A program made the translations under genes and the position numbers. Below are positions 27,640-38,800 of a stretch of 64,000 nt of DNA, in pieces. The notes beneath the pieces are model-generated. The model was not told the DNA's origin. It searched no databases and saw only the letters and a program-made list of their open reading frames with translations. The stretch covers positions 32,001 to 96,000 of the IMG/VR virus record IMGVR_UViG_3300005077_000006; one strand, written 5' to 3'. Positions within the stretch are counted from its first letter, which is position 1; every line of letters starts with the position of its first letter. Source of the stretch: a virus.

Positions 27640-28530
27640 GTGGCTACGCATGAAGAACAGCTACTGGCCGTTCTGGAGAAGATCGGTCAGCCGCAGGTAT
27701 CTGCGGACACACCATCCGTGCTGGATGCGGATGACGCCAGCGCCAGCCATGTAGAGACGGCTGGTTCATCCGCAGATCCAAACACCGAGGCCGACGGCGA
27801 GGAGCTCGTCGCGGTCAACACGGAGCGGCCAGGGTTGCCGGAGGATTCTCTGGCGCCCATCACCGGCCGCAACCTGTGGGTGCATCACGACACCCACCCA
27901 GTGGTCTACGATGTGGCCCTGCTCAAGGAGTACGGGGCCGACTGGTTCACGTGGGAGCCGGAGACTCTGTGGAAGGAGATCCGGGAGGACTTCCACCTAC
28001 CAGGCATCAGTGACCACGCGCGCACCAAGATCCAGGCGATCAAGACCCTCCACATCAACGAGTGGTTCTGGCAGCGATGGGAGGTGTTCTGCTGGATCAA
28101 CCAAGCGCTGAACAACAACATCCCCGACTTCCAGGTACTCCAGAAGCCGTCCATCCCGCAGCTCTTCAACTCCATCGACATCGGTACCATGGTGCGCGAT
28201 GACGAGGAGTTCACCCCCGAGCTCCAGATGTTCGTGGCCGCGGCGATGGTAGAGGAGGGGGTGTTCTACGCGCCGGCCCCGGTTGCCTTCTGCCAGGACG
28301 AGATAGTACAACTGTTGGAGTGGCGGCAGATTGGCACAGGCTTGATCAAGCAGGTGCAGGAGCGGTACCGGGAGATCAGTCAGATCTCAGCAGAGGCATG
28401 GGCCAACTCACCTGAGCCGATCTTGCGAGAGGACGTGGTGGACATCCAGGTAGCCAAACTGAAAGTTGCGTGCGACTATCTGGATCTACGCCGCCGACAG
28501 CTCCAGGAGCAACTGAGGCTGCTGAAATGA
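27640..28530 (+). CDS. Hypothetical protein with N-terminal LEKIG tag
   Basis: LLAVLEKIG near the N-terminus; LLKEYGADWFTWEPETLW core. Confidence 0.7.
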   Translation: MATHEEQLLAVLEKIGQPQVSADTPSVLDADDASASHVETAGSSADPNTEADGEELVAVNTERPGLPEDSLAPITGRNLWVHHDTHPVVYDVALLKEYGADWFTWEPETLWKEIREDFHLPGISDHARTKIQAIKTLHINEWFWQRWEVFCWINQALNNNIPDFQVLQKPSIPQLFNSIDIGTMVRDDEEFTPELQMFVAAAMVEEGVFYAPAPVAFCQDEIVQLLEWRQIGTGLIKQVQERYREISQISAEAWANSPEPILREDVVDIQVAKLKVACDYLDLRRRQLQEQLRLLK

Positions 28531-29429
28531 ACTACATCACTGCCTACCACATGCAGGGGTTCGTCGCGGAGCTGGAGAAGCAAGGCGGCGTCGGCGACTT
28601 CCTGAAGAGCCACCTCGCTGGTCGATACGGCAGGCAGTTGGCTCTCGGTGCTGGTCTCGGTGCGGTGGGTGGTGCTGTGACCGGGGACGAGGAGAACTGG
28701 AAGGGGCGGGCGCTGAAGGGGGCGCTGCTTGGTGGTGGGGTGGCGGGCGGGCGCATCCTCGCAACGAAGGCGGGGAGAGAGGCAGCACGCCAGGGGCTCA
28801 GCCGCTTCGGTGAGCGGCAGCTCTACTCACTCACCGGCAAGGGCTACGGTGGTCGGAACATCGACGTGAGCGAAGCCCGGAAGCTAGGGATCCTCAAGAC
28901 GCCCAACTTCGAGCAGATCTCCGACAAGCCGGGCATGCTGGACAGGCTCACAGCCAAGGTGACCGGCAAGCCTGCGCAGTCTCCGTTCCTTCGCGAGGCG
29001 AAGCGTCACGCGGCGGAGACGGAGGCCTTCGAGAAGGGCTTCCACAACATCCCGGGCGTGCTCCACGGCGCTCTCACGCGTCCTGGTGAGCTCCTCAGCT
29101 CTGGCTGGCAGCGTGGCGGTCGTATGGGCAAGGCCTTTGCGATCGGAGGGCTGGGGAGCGCCGCTTACGGGATGACCAAGAAGCCAGAGGAGGGTGGGCC
29201 TGGTCGACTGGAGAACGCGCTGCGCTCAGCGGGCTCGACGCTCGGCTACATGGTGGCGCCCGGCGGCATGCTGGCGTCGTCGATCGTGGCTGGGATGGGC
29301 AGCAAGGCGGGCGGCATGGCTGGGAAGGCGGGGGATGTGGCGGGTCGGCTGGTATCTCGAGGTGAGGCTCCAGCCGAGCAAGCCCACTACCCGGCTGAGT
29401 ACGCGGCCCAGCCGACCGAGTGGAGGTAG
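28527..29429 (+). CDS. Tagged glycine-zipper protein (putative internal virion/ejection protein)
   Basis: ATGA coupling; GFVAELEKQGG then LALGAGLGAVGGA, GALLGGGVAGG. Confidence 0.7.
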   Translation: MNYITAYHMQGFVAELEKQGGVGDFLKSHLAGRYGRQLALGAGLGAVGGAVTGDEENWKGRALKGALLGGGVAGGRILATKAGREAARQGLSRFGERQLYSLTGKGYGGRNIDVSEARKLGILKTPNFEQISDKPGMLDRLTAKVTGKPAQSPFLREAKRHAAETEAFEKGFHNIPGVLHGALTRPGELLSSGWQRGGRMGKAFAIGGLGSAAYGMTKKPEEGGPGRLENALRSAGSTLGYMVAPGGMLASSIVAGMGSKAGGMAGKAGDVAGRLVSRGEAPAEQAHYPAEYAAQPTEWR

Positions 29430-29432
29430 CCT

Positions 29433-31475
29433 GTGCCGTTCGGCGGGGAGATCGCATCTCAATCTGCTCTTCGCTTCGCTCCTCTGAGGGGGCGAACAGG
29501 GGGCACCTCAGACTACGGTCTGCAGTACCCGAGTCCGTTCTTCGACATCGGGCACACCTATCTGCCATCCACCGTGAAGCAGATGTTCCGGTGGTGCAGG
29601 TACTACTTCCTGGTCAACCCGCTGATCAACGCGGTCGTGTTCAAGATGTCGGAGTATCCGATCACCGACATCTTGTTCGACACGGAGCGGCTCGAGCTGA
29701 AGGAGAAGTGGCAGGACTTCCTGCTGGATCATCTCCGGTACCGCGCTTTCCAGGTGGAGATCGGGCTCGACTACCACACCTACGGGAACGCCCTGGTCAG
29801 CATCTTCTACCCCTTCGTGAAGATGCTGGAGTGCCGGGAGTGCCACTACAAGGAGCCGGCGAGGGACGCGAACTACCGCTTCCAGAGCAACCAGTTCTTC
29901 ACCCACTGTCCCAAGTGCGGGCACCACGGTCCGGCCAAGGCCTACGATCGGTACATCAAGGCGCCCAAGGGGATCCGCCTGCTCCGGTGGAATCCCGAGG
30001 ACGTGGACATCCGCTACAACGACATCACCGGGGACTACGAGTACTACTACCAGATCCCTGTGCAGCTCCGGAACGACATCCTCATCGGCAAGAAGTCCAC
30101 CGTCGAGACAGTTCCGCAGCTCTTCATCGACGCGCTTCGCCTGAAGAAGGCGGTCGTCTTCTCCAAGGACAACATCTACCACTTCAAGCGGCCGACGCTG
30201 GCCGGGAAGGACCGAGGCTGGGGAACGCCGATGATCCTCCCGGTGCTGAAGGACACCTTCTACCTTCAGATCTTGAGGAAAGCCCAGGAGGCGATTGCTC
30301 TCGAGCACATCGTCCCCTTGCGGATCATCTTCCCGCAAGCCGGTTCTGCGACGTCCGATCCCTACACCTCCGTGAACCTCCAGGATTGGAGGGATCAGGT
30401 GGCAGGAGAGATACGGCGTTGGCGGGCGGACAACAACTACATCCCGATCATGCCGCTCCCCCTTGGGAACCAAACCATTGGCGGAGATGGGCGGGCCTTG
30501 CTCTTGAGCCAGGAGATCCGGGTGTGGTCCGAGCAGATCGTCGCCGGGATGGGAATCCCGGTGGAGCTCGTGTTCGGTGGTCTGAGCTACTCCGGTAGCA
30601 ACGTCAGCTTGCGGATGCTAGAGAACACCTTCCTGGGCTACCTTCAGGATCACCTCACGCTGCTGAAGTGGATCATCAGAAGTACCAGCGCCTACCTGGG
30701 CTGGTCCACCGTGCGGCCACGCTTCAAGCCGTTCAAGATGGCGGACGACCTGCAGCGGAAGGCCTACCTCTTCCAGCTCAACCAGGCCAACAAGCTCTCC
30801 GACGAGTCCCTCATGGCGGACGCGGACTACGACTCCGCCAAGGAGGACAAGATCATGGAGCGCGAGGCCACGCGGCGGGTCGAGGCGCAGAAGAAGCGCG
30901 TCCTGCAGGATGCAGACATGCAGGGCGAGGCCCAGATGGTCTCCATGAAGTGGCAGATGAAGCTCCAAGACCAGCAGATGAAGTCGCAGATGGCTGCCCA
31001 GACGGAGGTCATGAAGGAGCAGATGGCCACCCAGACGGAGGCCCAGAAGCAGATGATGATGGACCAGATGGCCATGCAGTCCGGTCAGCCGCCGCAGGAG
31101 GCGCCGCCGGAGATGCAGCCGCTGCCACGCCATCCCGAGCTGCTCGAGCCCCCGCCGGAGATCCAGTCCCCGCTGACCGCTCGAGCGGTCAGACCGCTCG
31201 CTCCCAACACCACGGGGGAGGAGTTGATGGGGAGGCAGAACGTCGACCTGTTGCTCATGGGAAGGCAGCTCGCTGATCGGATCTCCAACCTGCCTCCTGT
31301 CGTACGTCCACGCGCGCTGGCTGAGCTCAAGTCCCAGCAACCGGAGCTCCACGATGTGGTTCTGGGGCTAATGGTTTCCGGCGGCAACGGTCCGACGCAA
31401 GCCGCAGCCGCGGCGGCCCGACCTCTGCCTGAGCAGAAGCCAGCCCGCCGCGGCCCGGAAGCACAGCTCATCTAG
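29433..31475 (+). CDS. Portal protein (probable) with zinc-ribbon insertion
   Basis: 680 aa; NPLINAVV; DYHTYGNALV; IYHFKR...GWGTPMI; IVAGMGIP.ELV.GG.SY; coiled Q/M-rich tail; context in the head block. Confidence 0.65.
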   Translation: MPFGGEIASQSALRFAPLRGRTGGTSDYGLQYPSPFFDIGHTYLPSTVKQMFRWCRYYFLVNPLINAVVFKMSEYPITDILFDTERLELKEKWQDFLLDHLRYRAFQVEIGLDYHTYGNALVSIFYPFVKMLECRECHYKEPARDANYRFQSNQFFTHCPKCGHHGPAKAYDRYIKAPKGIRLLRWNPEDVDIRYNDITGDYEYYYQIPVQLRNDILIGKKSTVETVPQLFIDALRLKKAVVFSKDNIYHFKRPTLAGKDRGWGTPMILPVLKDTFYLQILRKAQEAIALEHIVPLRIIFPQAGSATSDPYTSVNLQDWRDQVAGEIRRWRADNNYIPIMPLPLGNQTIGGDGRALLLSQEIRVWSEQIVAGMGIPVELVFGGLSYSGSNVSLRMLENTFLGYLQDHLTLLKWIIRSTSAYLGWSTVRPRFKPFKMADDLQRKAYLFQLNQANKLSDESLMADADYDSAKEDKIMEREATRRVEAQKKRVLQDADMQGEAQMVSMKWQMKLQDQQMKSQMAAQTEVMKEQMATQTEAQKQMMMDQMAMQSGQPPQEAPPEMQPLPRHPELLEPPPEIQSPLTARAVRPLAPNTTGEELMGRQNVDLLLMGRQLADRISNLPPVVRPRALAELKSQQPELHDVVLGLMVSGGNGPTQAAAAAARPLPEQKPARRGPEAQLI

Positions 31476-31918
31476 GGCTTCACCAGCTTCAGCTTCATCT
31501 GCTGAAGCCCTTCCTTCTCCTTCCGCTTGAGTCTCTCCCTGACCATCTTCTGCCACGCGGTCAGGAAGTTCCTCCGCTGCAGGTGGTAGTTCCGCGCCGT
31601 GTAGAACAGGTACGGCGGGTCCTCGGACTGATGCCCTCCCGCTAGGAAGTGCATCTTCAGGTACTGCACCCTCTCCTTCGGGAACCAGCAGATGTGATCG
31701 CCATCTCTCTCCCGGTCCCCGTCGGGATTCGCGCACATGAAGTAGACTCCCCGGGCCTCACCTTGCAGTTGGAATAGGTAGTCGTTGAGGTGGGAGTCGG
31801 TTTCGTGGTGGCACCGCAAGTCTAGGGCGTCCCGCTGCTCTTCCGGGGATGCGTCCTCTGGTAGTCCGAGGAGACGCAGCTTCTCCACCTCTAGGTAGAG
31901 TGATTCCCCTCGTTTCAT
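31472..31918 (-). CDS. Hypothetical protein (- strand island 1)
   Basis: AAGGAG RBS; no competing + strand ORF. Confidence 0.65.
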   Translation of the reverse strand: MKRGESLYLEVEKLRLLGLPEDASPEEQRDALDLRCHHETDSHLNDYLFQLQGEARGVYFMCANPDGDRERDGDHICWFPKERVQYLKMHFLAGGHQSEDPPYLFYTARNYHLQRRNFLTAWQKMVRERLKRKEKEGLQQMKLKLVKP

Positions 31919-31933
31919 GATCGTACTCCTTGT

Positions 31934-32332
31934 CTATGCGGTACCCAGGATCCTCTTCCCCTCCTCCAAGTCTCCTTCCCCGAAGTGGTAGCTTGTGCAG
32001 TCCGCACACAAGAGGCCAAAGTTCCGCTCATTTTGCAGAGGATCGAAGATCAAGGTCTCGAAGTGGATGGTCCCGATCCTGATCCCGAACGCATACGGAT
32101 TGCGCCAGAAGGTCTCTGGGCACAGCCCGCAGCTCCACCCGTATCCTTCATCACCCTTCCAGTCAGTCCCAACCCTTGTGAGGAAGCAGTGCAGATGAAA
32201 GAACTCGATCACTGCTTGCTTCCTCACCAACCGCTCCGGGTTCTTCCAGTCTGGTAGGAAGATGAGGTGGTTCTTGTCCTTGCGGCCAGGAACCATGCGT
32301 CCAGATTCAACACAGACGAGTTCGTACTCCAT
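31934..32332 (-). CDS. Cys/His-containing hypothetical protein (island 1)
   Basis: GGAGGAG before ATG 32332; C...HLHC...CGLC...CADC. Confidence 0.65.
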   Translation of the reverse strand: MEYELVCVESGRMVPGRKDKNHLIFLPDWKNPERLVRKQAVIEFFHLHCFLTRVGTDWKGDEGYGWSCGLCPETFWRNPYAFGIRIGTIHFETLIFDPLQNERNFGLLCADCTSYHFGEGDLEEGKRILGTA

Positions 32333-32449
32333 ACCGAACTCCTCCATGCAGAACCCGCACGGGGTGGAGGGATCGAGTTGGTATTGGGGTGGGATTGTGT
32401 CGATCGTACTGTCCTCCGTTTCAGAATGTGGGTCGGCCTAGCCGATCAT

Positions 32450-32557
32450 CTACTCTTGATCTCCCATCTTGAATTCGTAGGCCAGCGTGAAGCAGATCTC
32501 CGCCAGCTCGAACAGCAGGGTGCTAACCAACGACAAGAGGAAGATCTGGAGGAGCAT
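32450..32557 (-). CDS. 35-aa hydrophobic peptide (not in ORF track)
   Basis: TGATG coupling to the acidic peptide; MLLQIFLLSLVSTLLFELAEICFTLAYEFKMGDQE*. Confidence 0.45.
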   Translation of the reverse strand: MLLQIFLLSLVSTLLFELAEICFTLAYEFKMGDQE

Positions 32558-32703
32558 CAGTCCTCGTCACCGTCGTCATCGGTATCCGCGTCCTGATCCT
32601 CACCGTCGTCGCCATCGATCTCGCCATCGATGGCTTCCTCGAAGTCTGAGAGGGAATCTCCCTGCTCCTCCGGATCATTGGGGCCGTAGTCATCGTATGC
32701 CAT
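32557..32703 (-). CDS. 48-aa highly acidic peptide (not in ORF track)
   Basis: AAAGGAG RBS; MAYDDYGPNDPEEQGDSLSDFEEAIDGEIDGDDGEDQDADTDDDGDED*, 24/48 D+E, no K/R. Confidence 0.65.
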   Translation of the reverse strand: MAYDDYGPNDPEEQGDSLSDFEEAIDGEIDGDDGEDQDADTDDDGDED

Positions 32704-32757
32704 TGTGGGGGCTCCTTTCTGAGGGTTTGGCAGCTATTTGGTTCTCTCCTCAGCTCT

Positions 32758-32786
32758 CTTATACCAACCTGCGCAGGCAATTTCGT
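32758..32786 (-). promoter_or_regulatory. Candidate ATAAG-class promoter, copy 2
   Basis: - strand ACGAAATTGCCTGCGCAGGTTGGTATAAG upstream of island 1. Confidence 0.55.
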
Positions 32787-32816
32787 TTGCCTATCCGCTG
32801 GTTGATCTGCTAGCTT
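32787..32816 (+). promoter_or_regulatory. Weak sigma70-like promoter for the RNAP gene
   Basis: TTGCCT-N18-TAGCTT, 30 nt before ATG 32847. Confidence 0.3.
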
Positions 32817-32846
32817 GACCAGTAGCACACATACGGAGATGGCCTC

Positions 32847-35800
32847 ATGGCACGTCTTTCCCCGGAAGAGGGCTTCAAGGTCCTCAAGGACCGGGTGGCG
32901 GAGACAGTCGGTGGCCTCTTCCCGATCGTAGGGAAGCGCCACACGCTCGAGATCAAGGACGTGTCCGTCAAGGACACCCTGAGCATTGATGACATCCGCT
33001 CGCAGAAGGAAGCGAAGATCGGGGGACGCACCTGGTCTGTACCAGTCGAGGCCACCGTTGCGCTGCGGGACAACCAGACTGGCAAGGTAGTTGACGAGCA
33101 GCAGCTCCGGCTGCTCAACCTGCCCAAGTACACGCGCCGCCACTCCCACATCGTGGACGGGCAGGAGTATCAGATCGACAACCAGTGGCGGTTGAAGTCC
33201 GGCATCTACGCGCGGGTGAAGGACAACGGCGAGCTCCAGTCCTCCTTCAACTTGGCCAAGGGTCGTGGGTTCAGCCTGGAGTTCGATCCCAAGACACGCC
33301 AGTTCAACATGGCCTACGGCACGTCGAACATCCCGCTGGCCCCACTGATGCAGGAGATGGGTGTTCACCCAGAGGACATCAAGGATCGCTGGGGAGGTGC
33401 CATCGCGCAGGCCAACGCCACAGATCGTGAGCAGGCCCTGCTGAAGTTCTACAAGGCATCCACGGGGGAGAAGCCGGGGAGCTTGGAGCAGGCGCGGCAG
33501 CATCTCAAGGACACCTTCGGTGCCACCCAGCTCCGGGCGGACACGACGAAGATCACCTTGGGCACACCCTACACCAAGGTGACTGGCCCGGCGCTGTTCG
33601 ATGCGGCCACGAAGCTGCTGCACGTGTCTCAGGGGAAGGCGGAGCCAGATCCCCGCGACTCCCTGATGTTCAAGGAGCTGCACAGCACGGAGGACTTCTT
33701 CGCCGAGCGTATTCAGAAAGGGACCAGCGACATCATGCGCCGGGTCCAGAACACGCTCGACAAGAAGAACAAGGTGCGCGACATCGTTGGTCCGGACATC
33801 TTCAACCGCCCGATCAAGACGATGTACCGGACGTCCCTGGCCAACGTGCCGGACCAGACGAACCCGCTAGAGATGCTGTCGGGTCAGCAGAAGACCACCA
33901 TCACGGGCGAGGGTGGCATCAAGAGCGCGCATGGGATCTCGGAGGAGGCCAAGCTGGTGGATCCATCCCACCTCGGCTTCCTCGATCCCATCCACACCCC
34001 GGAGGGGCAGACCACAGGCGTGACCCTGCGTCTGCCCCTTGGTGCCAAGAAGCGCGGGCATGATGTGACGATCAAGATGTTCAACCTCAAGACGGGGAAG
34101 AACGAGGACGTCACTCCTGAGAAGGCCCTGTCCTCCAACGTCGTGCTCCCCGACCAGGTCACCTGGAAGGGCGGCAAGCCGGTGGCCGCCAACAAGAGCA
34201 TCAGGATCAGTGGGCCTGGCAACGAGGTCATCGAGGGCGGGCTCAAGCAGGCGGACTACGTCATGCGAGACCCCATCCAGATGTTCTCGATGGCGTCCAA
34301 CCTGGTGCCCTTCATCGCTGCCGACCACCCCAACCGGAGCACCATGGCCGGCCGGCACATGGAACAGTCCATCCCGCTGGCTGCCCGGGAAGCGCCTCTT
34401 GTCCAGTCACTGGCTGCCAAGAACACCTTCGAGAAGGTGATGGGTCAGTACGCTGGCCACACCTCTCGCGTCAACGGTACGGTCACGAAGATCACGAACG
34501 ATGCGATCATGGTCAAGGACTCATCGGGCAAGGAGCACGAGGTCCAGCTCTATGATCACTTCCCACTGAATGCAGACAAGGGCTTCCTACACTCCTCCCC
34601 GCTGGTGAAGCCAGGGGACAAGGTGAAACGTGGGCAGCCCGTGGCGGACACCAACTTCACCAAGGATGGGACGCTAGCCCTGGGGACCAATCTCAGGGTC
34701 GGGTACATGCCGTACAAGGGGTACAACTTCGAGGACGGCGTGGTCATCAGCGAGTCGGCGGCGCAGAAGCTAGCGAGTGAGCACCTCCATCGCAAGTCTT
34801 TGGAGCGCGACAAGCAGACGCTGCTCAGCAAGACGAAGTTCCAGGCCTACGCTCCAGACGCCATCACCAGGGAGCAGGCGGACAAGCTGGACGACAGGGG
34901 CATCGTGAAGCCGGGCCAGCTTGTCCTGCCGGGGGACACGCTCATCGCTGCGCTACGTGAGCGCACAGATCGACGTGAGGACAAAGAGCTGGCGATGATC
35001 CACAAGTCGCTGGTCAAGCCCTACTCCGACGCCAGCGTGAAGTGGGAGGCAGATCACCCCGGCATCGTCCAGGAGGTGATCACGAAGGGGAAGAAGACAG
35101 CCGTCCATGTCAAGACGCTCGAGCCCGCGGAGATCGGGGACAAGCTGGCCGGCAGGCACGGCAACAAGGGCATCATCACCAAGATCTTGCCTGACCACGA
35201 GATGCCCCAGCTCAAGGACGGCACGCCTCTCCAGATCTTGTTGAACCCCACGGGTGTTCCGGGCCGTACGAACCTGGGTCAGATGCTGGAGACGGCGGCT
35301 GGGAAGATCGCAGAGAAGACGGGCAAGCCCTACTTGATCAAGAACTTCCAGCCCAACGAGGACCTGCACGCCCGCGTGGTGGAAGACCTGAACAAGAACG
35401 GCATCCCGGACAAGGAGGAGGTCATCGATCCCACCACCGGGAAGGTGCTGGGGTCTGTCCTCACGGGGCCACAACACATCGTCAAGTTGAAGCACCAGGT
35501 AGAGAAGAAGCTTGTCGCTCGGGCTGGCGGTCCGGGCTACGCATACGATCGCAACCTGGTGCCCAAGGGCGGGGGTCCCCATGGTGCGCAAGCCCTGGGG
35601 ACCCTCGGCCTTTACTCCATGCTTGCCCATGGGGCCAAGGCCAACTTGCGGGAGATGCAGACGCTCAAGAGTGACGCCGGACAGAACGATGAGTTCTGGG
35701 CTGCACTCCAGGCTGGTGAGCCTCTGCCTGCTCCGCGGCCCACGTTCGCCTACCAGAAGTTCACCAGCTACCTCAACGCCCTGGGCGTCAACGTCAAGAA

Positions 35801-38800
35801 GGAGGGCAACAACCTCCAGCTCATCCCGTTCACAGATCAACAGGTGAAGGAGATGAGCAATGGAGAGATCAAGGATGCCGGAAGGATGGTCCGCGCCAAG
35901 GACCTGAAGCCGGAGGCCGACGGCCTGTTCGATCCCAAGGTGACGGGCGGCCTGGAGGGCACGAAGTGGGGGCACATCCAGCTCGCCGAGCCAATGCCCA
36001 ACCCTCTCTTTGAGCGCGCCATCCAGTCCCTCACTGGTCTCGATCAGAAGAGCTACCTGGATGTGGTGACGGGGCGAAAGGCGATCGACAAGAGCGGGAA
36101 GGTGACGACGAATCTGGACGCTGGCACCACAGGGGGACCGGCCATTGCTGGCCTCTTGAAGAAGGTGGACACGGCGCAGGCGTTGGCCGAGGCGCAGAAG
36201 GCGCTCCAGAACCCGAACCTCAAGGGGAACCGACTGGACCAAGCCAACAAGAGGGTCAAGTTCCTCGGTGCGCTCAACAGCGCCGGCCTCAATCCGCACG
36301 ACGCCTACATGATGAAGTACGTGCCGGTGTTGCCGCCGTCGATGCGCCCGCTGTCGCAGCTCCCGAACGGTGATCTCAACTTCGACGATCTCAACGGGCT
36401 CTACAAGGGCATCCACCTGACCTCCCACCAGCTCAAGTCCACCCCAGACGTGCTCCCGGAAGAGGAGAAGCACGAGGTCAGGGCGGAGCTCTACGATGGG
36501 CTGCGTGCCCTGACTGGGTTGGCAGGGAACCCCAAGCGTGAGTTCCGTGGCATCCTGGACATCCTCGGCGGCAAGCGGTTGGAGACGGCGGGCGGCTTCG
36601 CCACGGGCAAGAAGCTGGGCTCACCGAAGGAGGGCTTCTTCCAGAAGAAGCTGGTGCAGCGGAAGCAAGACCTCTCGATGCGCTCCACCATCGTGCCCGA
36701 GCCCGCACTGGGGCTGGACGAAGTGGGTCTCCCGCGGCAAGCTGCGCTCGAGATCTACAAACCCTTCGTGATCCGAGAGCTGCGTGGGATGACCGGCATC
36801 ACGCCGCTCGATGCGCAGAAGCAGGTCAAGCAGGGTGGTGAGCTCGTGAACCGGGCGCTCGAGCGGGTGGTAGAGCAACGTCCTGTGTTGCTGAAGCGCG
36901 ACCCCGCGCTCCACAAGTACAGCGTCCAGGCGTTCAAGCCGAGGATCGTGGGCGGCAAGGCGGTACAGATCCATCCCCTCGTGACCAGCGGCTTCAACGC
37001 TGACTTCGACGGCGACACGATGGCTGCCTTCGTCCCGGTCACCAACGAGGCGGTGGATGAGGCGAAGAAGATGTACCCCTCGAGGAATCTCTTCAGTCCC
37101 TCGACAGGGAACCTCATGTACACGCCCACCCTGGAGACACAGCTCGGTCTGTACGGCATCACGCAGTCGGGCAAGAAGACGGACCATACCTTCAAGACCA
37201 TCCAGGAGGTTCACAGCGCCCTCAACAAGGGCACCATCGGTTTCAATGATCAGATCAAGGTGGGTGGTATCTCCTCCACTACTGGAAGGTTCCTGATCGG
37301 TGAAGCACTACCGACCACGATGCGTGGGGAGTTCCTCAAGGAGACTGGCCCGCTGGACAAGGGTGCTCAGAGGAAACTGCTCACGTCCGTTGCAGAAAAG
37401 CACCGCAACGACTACGGGGAGGTGGTCAACAAGCTGAAGGACCTCGGCAACCGGTGGTCCACGGAGACTGCCTTCTCTCTGGGGCTCGACGACATCAAGC
37501 CGGAGAAGGCACTGCGGGACAAGATCTTGAAGGCGGCGGACAAGCAGGTTGGTGGCCGGCCTGACAAGGCGGTGCAGGTCTACGACAAGGCCACACAGGC
37601 CATGGCCAAGCAGTTCCAGCACATGCCCGAGCAAGGCAACAACCTGCTCCTCATGCACCGGGCTGGGATCAAGCCCACCGAAGACACGCTTCGCCAGATC
37701 AAGATGGCTCCCATGCTCATCGCCAACGCGAAGGGGGAGATCATCCCGACCCCGGTTCGGAAGTCCTACGCTGAGGGGCTGGACCTGGCGGACTACTGGA
37801 CATCCATGAGTGGGGCGCGCAAGGGCATCATCCAGAAGGTGCAGCAGGTCCAGGAGCCGGGCTATCTGTCCAAGCAGGTGATGAACTCGGTGATGAACAA
37901 CGTCATCGCGTCCGATGACTGTGGTACCTCGACGGGCATCTCGCTCGCCACCGAGGAGAAGGATGTTCTCGATCGCTATCTGGCTGCTCCGGTCAAGGCT
38001 GGGAAGAAGACGCTGCCAGCGGGCACGTTGATCACGCCAGAGGTGCGCAACACCCTGCGGAACAACAAGGTGGGCAAGGTGGTGGTTCGCTCGCCTCTGC
38101 GGTGCCAGCATGGTCCCGGCGTGTGCAAGAAGTGCTACGGCTTGACGGAGGATGGGAAGCCACCAGAGATCGGGTTGAATGTGGGGGTGTTGGCAGGTCA
38201 GGCGTTGGGTGAGCGGGCCACGCAGCTTGCCATGAAGGCATTCCACACGGGAGGTACGGCGGCCACCAAGGAGGGGCTGGTCGACGAGTTCACCAGGGTC
38301 AAGGACCTGCTACTCTTCCCCAAGACGCTGCCTGGATCTGCTACGCTAGCTACCATCTCCGGTACGGTGGAGAAGATCGAGAAGGATCCGGCTGGTGGGC
38401 ACAACGTGTACGTCAATGGGCAGCGCCACTACGTCCCCCAAAACCGGGGGGTGCCTACCCTGGGGGGTAAGATTCTTCGCCGAGGGATGGACGTGAAGAA
38501 GGGTGTGGCCATCTCGCGTGGGCCGATCAATCCGCACGAGATGTTGCCACTCACCGGGGTGGAGCCGGTGCAGGGCTACCTCTCGAACGAACTGCACAAT
38601 GTCTACGGGCCGCACGGGATCCGTCGACGCAACACCGAGGTGGTGGTGAAGTCGCTGACCAACCTCACCAAGGTGGACGACCCCGGTGACTTCGGTCCGT
38701 ACGTCCGAGGAGACTTCGCGCCACAGACGGAGATCGCCAACCTCAATCGGCATAACAAGGGGGCCAAGCCGATCAAGCACACACCAGTCCTGAAGGGCGT

